From positions 124,001 through 188,000 of IMG/VR virus record IMGVR_UViG_3300037245_001419: a stretch of DNA of 64,000 nucleotides; one strand, 5' to 3'. The translations under genes were made by a program, and so were the position numbers. Below, piece by piece: positions 49,082 through 60,576 of the stretch; the first letter of the stretch is position 1; each line of letters begins with the position of its first letter. The notes below the pieces were generated by a model that was not told where the DNA came from, searched no databases, and saw only the letters and a list, made by a program, of their open reading frames with translations.

Positions 49082-49528
49082 TTATTTATATACATTATGC
49101 CAGTTATCTCTATCACCTCTATTATCATCTAACATCCTGTCTATAATAATTTTGTGACCTATACTAGTAATATTTGCAATGATATATCCCATATTATAAT
49201 CATTAAACATGCCTTCATTAATAAGCAGGTCATAGTTTACACACATCCAATACATACTTTCAACCGTGATTGTGAATGAATCACTATAGTTCTTACAATT
49301 GTGTGTAATATTGACATATTCACGCCAGAAATTTTGGATAAATACGTTATTATCAAGGTACACTATGTTAAATATAGTAATTAAATCATAACCTTCAGCA
49401 GTCCCATTAATTATATCCTTAAAATCAATATAATCAAGTTTTTCACCCCAGTTAAAGGTGTCACAGCTTCTTATATAAGCTATAGTAACAGCTAAACTAC
49501 AGCTTAATTTTTCATCCATAAGGTTCAT
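49082..49528 (-). CDS. Early hypothetical protein
   Basis: Own dyad promoter and SD. Confidence 0.6.
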   Translation of the reverse strand: MNLMDEKLSCSLAVTIAYIRSCDTFNWGEKLDYIDFKDIINGTAEGYDLITIFNIVYLDNNVFIQNFWREYVNITHNCKNYSDSFTITVESMYWMCVNYDLLINEGMFNDYNMGYIIANITSIGHKIIIDRMLDDNRGDRDNWHNVYK

Positions 49529-49654
49529 GGTTAACTCCTTATTGTATCTATTATTAAAGATAGCTTATTAACTAAAGTATGTCAACGAAAAAAACTGAAG
49601 TATAAAAGAAAAATGGGTAAGATTCCTAATATACTTCAGTCTGCATTGGAGTGT

Positions 49655-50098
49655 CTATTTAAACATATCTATGTAATCGACACTAGATATACCTACATAC
49701 CGTGCATAGTTGTAGCCCTCTGTATTGATATACAGAGTCAACTTATCTTTAGATTCAAGCTTAACCACTTCAGCATAACAAAACTTTCTAAACTCATTAG
49801 AAAGTTTTTCATTTGAAAACCAAAATTTACCTTCAGCATCTTGTTTACAAATCTCTTTGTAAATGTCAGGGTCAATGTCAGTACCTTCTACATCTTGCCC
49901 TCCAATATTATCCCATATTGGATTGTCAGATAACAAACTATTTGTAATCAAATTGTAATCAGTGCTGTCAACAGTTAAAGTTTTCATAACTCTAGCTTTG
50001 GCGCTTGAATAACCTTCTTTCAAAGCTTTATTATTATCTCTAAGACTGTCATTCTTATTTAGACTAGGAAATCTTACATTTACAAGTTCAATAGACAT
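49655..50098 (-). CDS. Early hypothetical protein
   Basis: Own promoter; ends TEGYNYARYVG. Confidence 0.65.
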   Translation of the reverse strand: MSIELVNVRFPSLNKNDSLRDNNKALKEGYSSAKARVMKTLTVDSTDYNLITNSLLSDNPIWDNIGGQDVEGTDIDPDIYKEICKQDAEGKFWFSNEKLSNEFRKFCYAEVVKLESKDKLTLYINTEGYNYARYVGISSVDYIDMFK

Positions 50099-50157
50099 TT
50101 TAATTACTCCACTTGTTATCTATTATTAAAGATAGTTAATTAGCTAATCACTGTCAA

Positions 50158-50809
50158 CTAAAAAGATATACATTTTGAAAATTTTGTTTCATCGACAATA
50201 TTCATCACTATGAAAACATTTACATCGTCAAATGAAGGGCTTAAGCGAACACAACCATTGCTAACGTCAAGTGTTCTGTTTTCAAAGTCAATAGATAACA
50301 CTATACAACGTTGTGGGTCGGGCGTTCGGTTTTTAAACTCACATTCGTAAGGTATTTGTAAGTGGCCGTACAGCCTTGTGAGATTGGCCTTGTTTATGTA
50401 TGGTTTATCCATGTTTCCACCATCCGCTATAATCCTGCTCTTCACCATCAACTAAAACTGAAGTATGCAATTCACCTTCAGTATAACCGTGTTGAATCAT
50501 TTGGTTTGCACGTTCAACAGCTTGTGTTCTAAAATGGTCTGCATGTTCTTTTAACACACAACACTCAACATCAAACCAATTATATGAAACCTTACCTTGC
50601 ATTGTACAATTCATGTGTTAATCCTTAATTAGCTTATCTTGCATTTTTCCACAACGTGAACACGTTCTACGTTGTCTTAGTTCTTCACCTTTATAAGTCT
50701 TACCTCTCATTTCTTTTGGGGCTAAAATTCCCCCTATGAATGAATAAGACTCAATGTATTGTTTCCATTTACTCCACTGGTGAAATAATATACACACAAA
50801 ATACTCCAT
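50158..50809 (-). CDS. Three small early ORFs (50158-50410, 50405-50614, 50618-50809)
   Basis: Coupled ORFs under the promoter at 50830; 50618 has a C..FHQW...C.RC zinc-ribbon pattern. Confidence 0.5.
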
Positions 50810-50843
50810 TGCTTAACTATTATTAAAGATAGTTAATTAACTA

Positions 50844-51155
50844 TTAATAGTCAACCTTTATATCACCAATTTCTGCAATATCACCTAATTTATAGAGTAC
50901 TCTATTTTTGTATGCATCATCTAAAGTGATTCCATCAGAGGTTTTAGAAACCTTGTTTAGAGTTATTGAAATACTAGTGATAATATCGCCATTAACAGGA
51001 CTTTTAAAGAATATAACATTCAAACTACACTTAAAACCTTTGTGTGGTGCAACCGCAACATATAGTTGACCACCTAAGATTTCCCTTTTAACGTCCTCTA
51101 AGGTCTTTTGATGAATCTCACACCCTATAGGCTCTTGAATACTAAATACTGCCAT
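50844..51155 (-). CDS. Early hypothetical protein
   Basis: ORF with GAGG SD. Confidence 0.55.
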   Translation of the reverse strand: MAVFSIQEPIGCEIHQKTLEDVKREILGGQLYVAVAPHKGFKCSLNVIFFKSPVNGDIITSISITLNKVSKTSDGITLDDAYKNRVLYKLGDIAEIGDIKVDY

Positions 51156-51322
51156 TATTTACCCTCTTTAATTTCAATATCATTATCACCTGTATCAAGT
51201 GCTCTTCCCAAGTTCTTACAAATGTCAATAGCTGCTTCTTTTTCAGATACACGCTGTATAAATTCGCCATTAATTTTAATTTCCCATTCGTAATTATGAG
51301 TATACTCAATAAAAAAATTCAT

Positions 51323-51985
51323 TTATTCATCATCCTTAGCTTTGATAGCTTCTAAAACATCAGAAGGGGTAGCCTTTTCATCAAAGGTATAGTAATCACA
51401 TAAACTGTTATTACCGCCCCAATCAGCAACATGATCATAGTCTTCTTTTGTATCACACTCATTGTCATAAATGAATTCCAGTATACATGAAATTTGCGTT
51501 TCATCACTCTTTAAATTATCAGCAACTAAAGTCTTATACCAATCTTTAGCTTCATTAGAATACAACGGGCAAAACCCGTCACTAGACGTAAATTTTGCGG
51601 TGAGATAATCTTGAAAGTCTTCATTGTGGTCTTCAATATATTCTACAATCTTTGCATAGTTATTGTTGGTTATAATAATTTCAACATATATTTGGTCTGT
51701 AGAATAATTGTAGTATTTTGGGGATTTAACCTTTTGAAATTTCATTGAGGTTATGAAACCACCATCTACCAATTCAGTTTCAACTTCACCTGCATAGTAT
51801 TTGGCTATTGATTCTTGATATTTCTTTTGGTCAAAATTTAAGTAGTCAAAATTAATGTCAATACCAAAATGTTCACTTTCACTGGTCAAATGACATTCCC
51901 AATCACCACCCCAGGCAGTCTCATAGAATCCTGAAAATGATGGACATACACCATCTACTACTTTAGTTTCTGTTATATAAACCAT
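51323..51985 (-). CDS. Conserved phage early protein (FSGFYET family)
   Basis: FSGFYE..W...SPKYYNYSTD.I...FTSSDGF. Confidence 0.65.
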   Translation of the reverse strand: MVYITETKVVDGVCPSFSGFYETAWGGDWECHLTSESEHFGIDINFDYLNFDQKKYQESIAKYYAGEVETELVDGGFITSMKFQKVKSPKYYNYSTDQIYVEIIITNNNYAKIVEYIEDHNEDFQDYLTAKFTSSDGFCPLYSNEAKDWYKTLVADNLKSDETQISCILEFIYDNECDTKEDYDHVADWGGNNSLCDYYTFDEKATPSDVLEAIKAKDDE

Positions 51986-52038
51986 GTTAATACTCCGTTA
52001 CTTCCTTATTATAAAGATAGTTAATTAACTAAGCCATG

Positions 52039-52239
52039 TCAAGTGTTTTTATGGTAAGGATACAAATTTAATTCTTTTTTTATTTCATCTGTATTTAAAC
52101 CCTGCTCAATAAGAACCTCTACCTTATCTAATACATCGCAAGCCTCTTGTCTGGTATCATACGTACCAAAATATTGCACCGCTTTATCAACAGTTTTTAA
52201 TACTCTAAACTTGTATTCCCATGTTATAATATTTCTCAT
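52039..52239 (-). CDS. Stand-alone AP2-like domain protein
   Basis: KFRVLKTVDKAVQYFGTYDTRQEA; aligns with the N-terminus of 32689. Confidence 0.65.
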   Translation of the reverse strand: MRNIITWEYKFRVLKTVDKAVQYFGTYDTRQEACDVLDKVEVLIEQGLNTDEIKKELNLYPYHKNT

Positions 52240-52280
52240 TCTGGTTGCTCAGTTTATTCGTTATTATATAATATAGTTAA

Positions 52281-53184
52281 TTAACTAAGTCTTGTCAAGG
52301 GTTTTTCTAGCTTAAATGTTTTTGGGTCATAATAAGTATCTAACAACTCAATGCTAAAGCGTTCACTTTCATTGCCATGAGCCTTATCCCAACTATTATT
52401 ACTAACTTGATCGTCTGTTAAAAAAACTCTATAAACTCTACCCTGCAAACTCTTTTCAGATACCCATTTTGAACCGCTATAACCTGTACCATCCCTACCA
52501 TAAGAAAACACACATAGAAAAGCCCTTCCTGTTCTATCATCTAAATTGTCTCTATCAAATTCTGCCTTTAATCTGATAGCTAAATCAATAGACTTTAGTT
52601 TGTCCTTATTCATATCACCCCCAAAAAAATTCAAATCCACACGTCTGGAAAAAGTAAACACCATTACAACTAAAGTATTTTATTTCATCACCAGTCGAAT
52701 CTCTGTACTGCTCCCATGTTTCACCGTCATCTAAAATATCAGCTTTGTACATATCGACGTTCTTTAAAAAATGATCCTCACTGCATGGGCGCTTATGTTT
52801 CATTAAGCGCTTCCACCACCGCTCCCAGTGTGAAGAGTCACGTCTTAATTTGTCGCACTGTCCAAGATACTTTAGTTTGGGTGTTGAAACAATAACATAT
52901 TCAATTGTAACATGTTCGGGTATTGTATATTGCTCGTTTGTATATCCATAATTCCGTGTTGTTTTAAACTCATGGGTAATCGTACGGTCACAATTTTTAT
53001 ACTCAATGATAGGGTACTCTATACCACAAATACAATGTGTTTGGACTTGCTTGTTTATAGTAACTTTACAAGATTTTGGGTCAATATGTATATATTCGTC
53101 ACACTTACACTTAAGTGAGTGATATACTATCAACTGTTTTTTAGCATCATGTGTGACATTTCTATGAATGTAAAATCCTGCCAT
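52281..53184 (-). CDS. Two early hypothetical ORFs (52281-52612, 52615-53184)
   Basis: 52615 carries CxC...CxC and ends YFFQTCGFEFFW. Confidence 0.5.
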
Positions 53185-53185
53185 A

Positions 53186-53446
53186 TTATATTGCCTCCAT
53201 CATATCACACAATCCAGTTACTTCAAAAAATAAAAATTGGCTCACTTTATCAGTAGTCATATTCGTTCGCTCGACAAGGGATTTAAAATCATTTACACCA
53301 TTAATAGTTTCTTTGATTAAAGCAATTTTAACAGGGTGTATTTCATCTTTCAAACGTTTCTTTAACTTTTTTAAGGTTTTACCTATAGCATCGTTCGCTA
53401 TTGGTTCATCCTTTTGATTGATAGACATATTAATAATATATGACAT
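53186..53446 (-). CDS. Early protein, paralogue of 55026-55229
   Basis: TLKKL...V.IALIK..I..V..FK.L..R....DK.S.FL..E.T.LCD..AI/V. Confidence 0.7.
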   Translation of the reverse strand: MSYIINMSINQKDEPIANDAIGKTLKKLKKRLKDEIHPVKIALIKETINGVNDFKSLVERTNMTTDKVSQFLFFEVTGLCDMMEAI

Positions 53447-53671
53447 AAGTTTATTTACTCCTTATCTTACCTATTATTAAAGATAGCTTATTAACTAAAG
53501 TATGTCAACCATTTTTCTTTAAACCAGAATAAAAACTTTCCTATTTGTTTTCCTATTTCCCACCATATAACACAATACACACAAAAAACCACAATACATA
53601 TTATACCAAATGGTATATAGATAACGCACATACCTAAGAATTCTAGTAAACTTAAATCGCTCAACATACAA

Positions 53672-54374
53672 TTACCAAAAGAAAGGTATTACAATAGGTG
53701 CTTTAGCTTGTGACCAATCAATAGTACGTCTATTACCTACAAAGATACCCATTGATATACCCCATATACCCATTACAGGCAAATGAAAATATAAGAAGTT
53801 TTCGTGCAACGGTATACCTGCTTTCCAACAAATAAACATACCTATATGCATGCCAATTACAAAAAACGTTAAACAAATCATTTTTAACATATAACACTTC
53901 CTTTTAATACAATTAAATTTGCACTCAATGTATTTCGCTTCTCTTCAACTTGTTGTCTTGTTAGGTTATTACTATTCAAGTCATTAATTATCCATAGAGT
54001 ATTAAAATACATATCCCATACATCTGGTGATAAATTACAAGCCTTCATATTTCGCACTTCAATAGAATCGTTATAAGCTTTTACATTACTAATAGTTTTG
54101 GTTACACTATTGTACATAAATATCATGAACACCATGAACGCAACTAACAACACACCTACAATATATTCACCCATTAGTTAACCTCTTCATATACTTTAGT
54201 TAAAATCTTATCAACATACCGCTCTATGTTAGTTTCATCAACCCCTATTATGTTTAGTGATTTGACAGTGTTGTATTTGAGTATGTAGTGTCGAGTGTCT
54301 TTTTTACGTATCTTTGCAAATTTTAAATGCTCAATACGTTCTCTTACTACACATAACCCATTATATCCAACCAT
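53672..54374 (-). CDS. Three small ORFs, two of them membrane proteins (53672-53890, 53884-54174, 54174-54374)
   Basis: Hydrophobic segments; coupled under the promoter at 54407. Confidence 0.5.
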
Positions 54375-54417
54375 GTTTAACTCCTTACCTTACCTATTAT
54401 TAAACATAGCTAATTAA

Positions 54418-54615
54418 CTAAGCATTGTCAACAGAAAAAGTGATAGTTTTACAAATAGTACATATTGCTCTACCATTACCGCCCATTTCTTGAGAATGAC
54501 TTTTTGGGCACGTACACATATTAAGTGCATCCTGTTCTAGTTTTCTAGATTTTGCATTAAGCTTGTGAGCTTCATTTATCATTGCAGTAACTTTTTTAAT
54601 ATCTGATTGTCTCAT
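54418..54615 (-). CDS. Zinc-binding protein, paralogue of the C-terminus of 58028-58417
   Basis: A.KL....R..E..A..MCTCP...IC..C. Confidence 0.7.
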   Translation of the reverse strand: MRQSDIKKVTAMINEAHKLNAKSRKLEQDALNMCTCPKSHSQEMGGNGRAICTICKTITFSVDNA

Positions 54616-54625
54616 GTTTTCCTTT

Positions 54626-55045
54626 TTAAGCTAGTACATAGCCCAAGAATAAATTGTTAAGGGAGTGGTTTAATTGAACGTCTTTAGAGACTGTAGGGGA
54701 CATTAGAGGACATTCTTTGTCGTGCTCTATGTCATAGCAAGCGTGTAATAATTCATGGTACACAACATGCTTTAATATTTCTGGTTTGGCTACTGTATTT
54801 TCTGGAATCCATATTATATTGCCATTACGAACACCCATACCCAAACACTCATTAGAAGCATGAGCGATACGTACTTTAACAGTGGGTAGTATGATCTTAT
54901 AGTCTGCTAAAAATGATTTAAGATAGGTTATGTGAACCTTAACGATATTAGCCAGTTTTGTCCGTTCTTTAGATTTAGGCATTAACTTTAATGTTACACC
55001 GTCACAACTTGTTGCACTTGCCATATTAAACAGCGTCCAGTGTAT
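54626..55045 (-). CDS. HExxH zinc metallopeptidase-like protein
   Basis: HVVYHELLHACYDIEH...CPLM. Confidence 0.75.
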   Translation of the reverse strand: MHWTLFNMASATSCDGVTLKLMPKSKERTKLANIVKVHITYLKSFLADYKIILPTVKVRIAHASNECLGMGVRNGNIIWIPENTVAKPEILKHVVYHELLHACYDIEHDKECPLMSPTVSKDVQLNHSLNNLFLGYVLA

Positions 55046-55229
55046 CACATAGTGTTGTTGTTTCATCCATTAAGAATGCACTGATTTTATCTGAAGAAAA
55101 TTTACATCTATCTGATAGCTGTTTAAATTCTTCTACACTTATGATAGCTTTTTTGATTAGAGCAATGCGAACATAGTCGCACTCATAGCTCAATTTTTCT
55201 CTTAATTTCTTTAACGTCCGTTCAATCAT
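55026..55229 (-). CDS. Early protein, paralogue of 53186-53446
   Basis: Same motif pattern as 53186; AGGAGTGCCAA-ATG. Confidence 0.7.
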   Translation of the reverse strand: MIERTLKKLREKLSYECDYVRIALIKKAIISVEEFKQLSDRCKFSSDKISAFLMDETTTLCDTLDAV

Positions 55230-55336
55230 TTGGCACTCCTACCGTTATCTATTAATAAATATAGCTTATTAGCTAATCATTGTCAACAAAAAAGAGGTAC
55301 ACTAATTAATTTTAGTGTACCTCTTTTCGGTCGGAG

Positions 55337-55549
55337 TTAAAAATCCTCTATTTCGCTGTCTGTGCCTTCTAAAGCTTCTTGTATAATATGATATTCGTTT
55401 TCACTCATACCTTTATCGACACCCAAGGTTTTAAACACTTCAGCCATTGATAACATTTCATCAATACAAGAATTGCGTAAAAATTCTTTTGCGTGTCCAC
55501 ACTCTTCCAAAGACTCTTTAACAGATTCTACTAGTTCAGCTCTATTCAT
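55337..55549 (-). CDS. Early hypothetical protein
   Basis: Start MNRAELV, TAATG-coupled. Confidence 0.6.
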   Translation of the reverse strand: MNRAELVESVKESLEECGHAKEFLRNSCIDEMLSMAEVFKTLGVDKGMSENEYHIIQEALEGTDSEIEDF

Positions 55550-55659
55550 TAGTTTTTCCAATTTTTAAAAAGTTTATGTGCAATGAGTTGAATTGCAAAA
55601 CCTGATACAATACCTAGTATAGTAAAGGTTACATCTACATGATACCCAAACAATTCCAT
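55549..55659 (-). CDS. 36-aa single-TM peptide (not in the ORF track)
   Basis: MELFGYHVDVTFTILGIVSGFAIQLIAHKLFKNWKN; TAATG coupling at both ends. Confidence 0.6.
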   Translation of the reverse strand: MELFGYHVDVTFTILGIVSGFAIQLIAHKLFKNWKN

Positions 55660-56835
55660 TATTTTTTAAATTGGTAACAAATATTATTAGCTACTGTTAA
55701 ACCGCCACATTTAATAGGGTCTCTAACAAGTTTACAACAACCTTGATAAATAAGCTTGTCTAGTATCCGTTTGATACTTTTCTTCTTATTCTGTATGAGA
55801 GCACTCTCCATATAAGTAGGGACTTTAGGCTCTTTAAAGATAATACCAAATATTTGGCTGATTGAAAAGATAGTATCATTCGTAAAGATGATAGTTCTTA
55901 CTTTTCCGTACAATTCATCATTTGGTATACGATAACTCAAATTAACTTGACTATCCTTAAAGTATTGATCCTTGACATAATTAGGTTTTGTTTGTTCTTT
56001 ATGCATTGTTACTCCTTACCGTTTCTATTATTAAAGATAGTTAATTAGCTATCCTTTGTCAACAACTAAATGTTAAAATCTTAAAGAGTATTTGAAAATG
56101 TCAGCTATGCTGTTAAGCTTATTTGATTTTTTGGTTAGGTCTTCAATAGTTATCAATTGATTACATAGTTCAGATAAATCGGTTGGTGAAATATCGTCGG
56201 TTTCATATAAAGTAATATTCTCTTTATACAGATCTCTCAGTTTTGCAAATGATAAAAATATTGTGGCATGTTTCGCTGTTATATGCTTTATGATTTGCTT
56301 ATCACCCTGCATAATTTGAAAGAATGGGTATATTAAATCTACACCAAAATGAGACTCTTCTATTAAAACATGGACACCGTCAAAGTATTCTCCAATGATA
56401 GCATATTTGAAAGAAGGTGTTATATCGACTACTTCATTGCAGTAAACTATTGCGTAACACTTCTTAATTTCAAATGTTTTTTTCATAAATTATTCCTACA
56501 GTTTAACTATTATAAAGATAGATAGTTAATTAGTTATGTACTGTCAACAACTAAAGTAATATTTTAACAATGTAAAATACAATTTTACGTTTAAAGTCAA
56601 TTGGGTATAAATGGTTGATTGTAATTAACACCATGCTTTTATAGCTCTCTTTTATGGTAATGGTCGGTGCACAAACATGATGATCTTTTACAATATCGTT
56701 TCTAATGAGTGTTATACCTGCTTGAACGTCCGATAAATAAGAGCCTTCTTTAGTTTGTGCCTTAACCAGTTTAGGTGCTTTACGGTCTCTGTGAGCTGTT
56801 TTAATTGCCTGTATAATGTTCTTAATAATATCCAT
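55659..56835 (-). CDS. Three early hypothetical ORFs (55659-56006, 56073-56486, 56551-56835)
   Basis: Each preceded by its own promoter or hairpin element. Confidence 0.55.
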
Positions 56836-56909
56836 GTTTACCTATAAAGAAACTGAAGTATACTATAAACGGAATAACATATAGTATACTTCAGTCGGTC
56901 GGGTCGGAG

Positions 56910-57548
56910 TTAATATTGTGATTTGCCTGTAACAATGTTTCTTATCGTTTCATTTTGGGTTAGATCAGGTTCTGCTGTATCAATTAAACCCCACCATGAT
57001 CCAAACTTAGTCTCTAAAATTATTTCGTTGTGTTCCTTGAGTGCCTTGAGTATGTGGTCACTAACTAAATACCATCGCTTAACCGTGTAACTTTCTGAAT
57101 CTAGACCCTTTAGAGTGGTTAGTTTGTCTTCTATCGTGGATTCAATATCCTCTTTTTCATCTAAACAAGTTCTTACATTTGAAACGTCTTCAAGTAATTG
57201 TGTTAACTTGTCATCATTGGTCATAGTAGGTTCAATACAGTCCTCAATAGCTTCTAAATCGCTCTTCAGTTGATATACTTCAGTTGATACATTGTCTAAA
57301 TCCTGTACGTACTGTTCAATCAAATCTGTAACGTCATCATTGCTGAGTTGTTCACCTTCCCACATATAATACTCAGTATTGATAGCGTCATTTTCTAAAT
57401 GTGGATTACAATTAATTAAATATTCAACTAAAGTACTTTGATCTTTGTAAACCTCTTCTCTGATAAGTTCATAAATCCTGTAAACAATGTTACTCTCTTT
57501 AAATGATGCTTTAACTACTGCATTGCTTTCGTTTGTATGTGACATAAT
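56910..57548 (-). CDS. Acidic coiled-coil early protein with FGSWWG motif
   Basis: WYLVSD.I...L..H.E.ILE..FGSWWG. Confidence 0.65.
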   Translation of the reverse strand: MMSHTNESNAVVKASFKESNIVYRIYELIREEVYKDQSTLVEYLINCNPHLENDAINTEYYMWEGEQLSNDDVTDLIEQYVQDLDNVSTEVYQLKSDLEAIEDCIEPTMTNDDKLTQLLEDVSNVRTCLDEKEDIESTIEDKLTTLKGLDSESYTVKRWYLVSDHILKALKEHNEIILETKFGSWWGLIDTAEPDLTQNETIRNIVTGKSQY

Positions 57549-57653
57549 TTTCTCCAACTCTTAACCTGTATTAAATATAGCTAATTAGTTAACCCCTGTC
57601 AACAAAAAAAGAGATACACCAAAATTAATTAGTGTACCTCTTTTCGGTCGGAG

Positions 57654-57965
57654 TTATAGTCTTTCGTAATTTTCAATCTCACCATTTGAGACATAAAATT
57701 TAATTCTGTCAATCTCTTTTTTAGTTTCTTCAATACCAATACCCATAACTAAATTATCAGAGTAGTTTTTGAGGATTGCTACAATATACTTTAGTTTTTT
57801 GTTTAGCTTGTCGGTATCTCTTAACAATATTTCATCTTGTTCCAGTACATTAAATTGTTTACCTTCTGAAATAGTTGTATTAATTGTTTCTTGATTTATA
57901 GCTATACTACATTGCAATTCACAAATTAAATCTATTGCTGTTCTATTCGCTTTAATGCTACTCAT
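57654..57965 (-). CDS. Early cassette ORF
   Basis: AGGAGTGCCAAAC-ATG start; TAACTCCGACCG end. Confidence 0.65.
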   Translation of the reverse strand: MSSIKANRTAIDLICELQCSIAINQETINTTISEGKQFNVLEQDEILLRDTDKLNKKLKYIVAILKNYSDNLVMGIGIEETKKEIDRIKFYVSNGEIENYERL

Positions 57966-58027
57966 GTTTGGCACTCCTACCGTTATCTATTATTAAATAT
58001 AGCTTATTAACTAAAGTATGTCAACCC

Positions 58028-59028
58028 TTATTGTGATTTGTGACATACTAAACAAATATTATGACCTTCAATATAGATAAAACGTCTAGGGGGACACGTA
58101 CACATTTTTCTAGCTTCCGCTTCCATCTCTCTAGCTTGTTTAATTAGCTTTTGTGCAGTAACAAACATCCCTTTAATTTTATTAGCTTTATCGTCTGTCA
58201 TTTCACGTTTAAGCCATACTTCAGTTTGATTCTCTATTATGTCAATAACAGATAAACGTATACCCATACTATCATCATCAACCGTTACACTGTCAACATC
58301 TTGTCTATCAACATCTAACTCTAAGTTAAGATCATTATATACTTCTCTTAAGTGCATAGCTAAATCATGTTTGGCTATATCGGGGTAGTTTAACGGTAAT
58401 ACTATAGTTAAATTCATTCGTTGCTCCTACCGTTTAATCTGCAAAATTTGCTGTTATGGTATTACATTCAATATCGATTGTGATTTCAGTAAAGCCTAAA
58501 CCTTTAACATAGCCTTGATAAGTAGGTTTTTCTTTAAACTTTTCTACCGCTTCTTTACAAGTTTTACGTTGTTCAGTTGAGCACAAATATTCACCGTTCT
58601 TAAAGATGTTTATTTTTCTAGCCATTATTTACTCCAATTCTTAACCTGTATTAAAGATAGTTAATTAACTAAGCACTGTCAACAATAAAAGGTTTAAATT
58701 CACAAATATATTCTTTTTTAACCTCTTCAACTAAAGTCAAAAGCTCATTACTAAAGTAAGTACTATCATTTTGAGCCATTGAGTCAAGTGCCTTGACAAA
58801 TGTCAAAATAATTTGATCTTTGGTTGTGATACTTTTTCCAACTTCTAAAATACTTGTCTTAGTAGCAAGCAATAAATCTAAAACAGTGCTCTCCAGATTC
58901 TTACTGATAATATCATTAATATTAATATCGTCATACTTTTCAGAAAATCTTAGTATACAAGATATACCACTAATAGAATTGCTAATATGTGAACCACAAT
59001 TAGAGTCACTGATTGAACCAATATTCAT
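58028..59028 (-). CDS. Three early ORFs (58028-58417, 58434-58625, 58669-59028)
   Basis: Promoter/SD elements; 58028 ends in a MCTCP...CLVC zinc domain. Confidence 0.6.
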
Positions 59029-59132
59029 AATATACTCCCTGTATTAAATATAGTTAATTAACTAAGCAATGTCAACAAAAACTGAAGTATACCAAAAATA
59101 AATTAGTATACTTCAGTTTAGGCGGTTTGGAG

Positions 59133-59840
59133 TTATTCTTCTATTACTAACTGCATCACTTTAGCAAGTTTCAAAGATTGAGATACTGATAGCTTAGTAT
59201 TGTAAACCTCAATCTTGATAGTGTCATCTTTAACGTGAATACATAAAGAATTATTTTCATCTGAGTAATAATAATTTTTGTGTTCAATGTATCTACCATT
59301 GGGAAAAGCTATTGTAAGAGCCTCAACCGTTTCGGTCTTGAAATTTTTGATTTTAAGAGCTTCCTGCTCCTGTTTTTCTTTTACGTCCAGTTCCCATTGA
59401 TTTTCTCTATCTAACCATGTACACAAATCTGTAAGCTTTGTTTTAAGGGTAACAAGATTTTTAAGAAACAAATTGATGGTTTTAGGTCGTTCTTCTATTT
59501 CGTCACTGTATTGTTTTGAGTTGTTATTGAATTTAGCAACCCGATACAATGTAAACCTGGGGAATTGTTGACACGCACAAAAGAACTTATACTTACCATC
59601 TAAGACAAGTTCGTTTGAGTTGTCATTGTATTTTGGATTGTTTAACGTGCTTTCAATGGTAGTGAAAAATTGACTAAAGAATTGTCTGTATACTTCATTT
59701 TGTTCTAGTTCGCATAAATTATCCCAAACTCTCATTGAAGGATTTTTCACTAAATACTCAGCAATATCCGAGCGGTTTGGATATTTTTTAGTCATCATGT
59801 GAATTTTATTGACAGAAAGAATAGTTTCAAAAGATCTCAT
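59133..59840 (-). CDS. Early cassette ORF
   Basis: Conserved RBS unit; TAACTCCAAACCG end. Confidence 0.65.
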   Translation of the reverse strand: MRSFETILSVNKIHMMTKKYPNRSDIAEYLVKNPSMRVWDNLCELEQNEVYRQFFSQFFTTIESTLNNPKYNDNSNELVLDGKYKFFCACQQFPRFTLYRVAKFNNNSKQYSDEIEERPKTINLFLKNLVTLKTKLTDLCTWLDRENQWELDVKEKQEQEALKIKNFKTETVEALTIAFPNGRYIEHKNYYYSDENNSLCIHVKDDTIKIEVYNTKLSVSQSLKLAKVMQLVIEE

Positions 59841-59918
59841 GTTTGGCACTCCTACCGTTTATCTATTAATAAATATAGCTTATTAATTAATACCTGTCAA
59901 CAACTAAATCACTTTAGT

Positions 59919-60125
59919 TTATAATATTTCTTGTCTTATTATTTGATGCAATGTATTGTAGTCTCCTTTTCTATACCTTGCATCCGTATACAAAACCCCT
60001 TTGACTTTTCTTTTTGCCTCATGGTCATTATCAGCCATAAATGGTATTATGGTGTTTTTACTGACATTACCACCCATTACAACATCAAATTCTACAATAT
60101 TGTATGTTAATTCATAGTGATTCAT
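59919..60125 (-). CDS. Early cassette ORF
   Basis: AGGAGCGCCAAAC-ATG. Confidence 0.6.
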   Translation of the reverse strand: MNHYELTYNIVEFDVVMGGNVSKNTIIPFMADNDHEAKRKVKGVLYTDARYRKGDYNTLHQIIRQEIL

Positions 60126-60235
60126 GTTTGGCGCTCCTACCGTTATCTATTATTAAATATAGTTAATTAACTAACCCTTGTCAACAAAAAAAGAGATACA
60201 CCAAAATTAATTAGTGCACCTCTTTTCGGTCGGAG

Positions 60236-60523
60236 TTAAAAGTGTAAAAATAGTTTTGTTGTTTGCTCAAATGTACTAACCAATTGATCATTATAGATAT
60301 TTTCAAATCTATCAACTATCGGAGCGTTTTTGCCATGAATTTTAATGAAGTCGATATCATATAAATCCATGCCATTTAAAGTTATTTTACAGTAGTTTGA
60401 GTGACGACTACCCTTGAATCTAAACATTAGGGAGTTATCATCTTTTAAGAATTGTTTCACCCCCAAGAAGTGACTAATTCTTGATCCACCCAATTGCTCT
60501 AAAATTGTTTCTGCTACTTCCAT
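60236..60523 (-). CDS. Conserved phage early protein (VAETILEQLGG family)
   Basis: VAETILEQLGG...ITLNGMDLYD.DF...IY.DQL...FE..T.L. Confidence 0.7.
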   Translation of the reverse strand: MEVAETILEQLGGSRISHFLGVKQFLKDDNSLMFRFKGSRHSNYCKITLNGMDLYDIDFIKIHGKNAPIVDRFENIYNDQLVSTFEQTTKLFLHF

Positions 60524-60576
60524 TTGGTACTCCTACCGTTAACTTATATTAAATATAGTTAATTAACTAAAGTATG

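Larger units (their letters stand above)
55288..60238 (-). repeat. Hairpin family A + TAACTCCGACCG boundary (3 copies)
   Basis: AAAAAAGAGRTACAC...GTGYACCTCTTTTCGGTCGGAGTTA at about 55288, 57604 and 60186. Confidence 0.85.
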
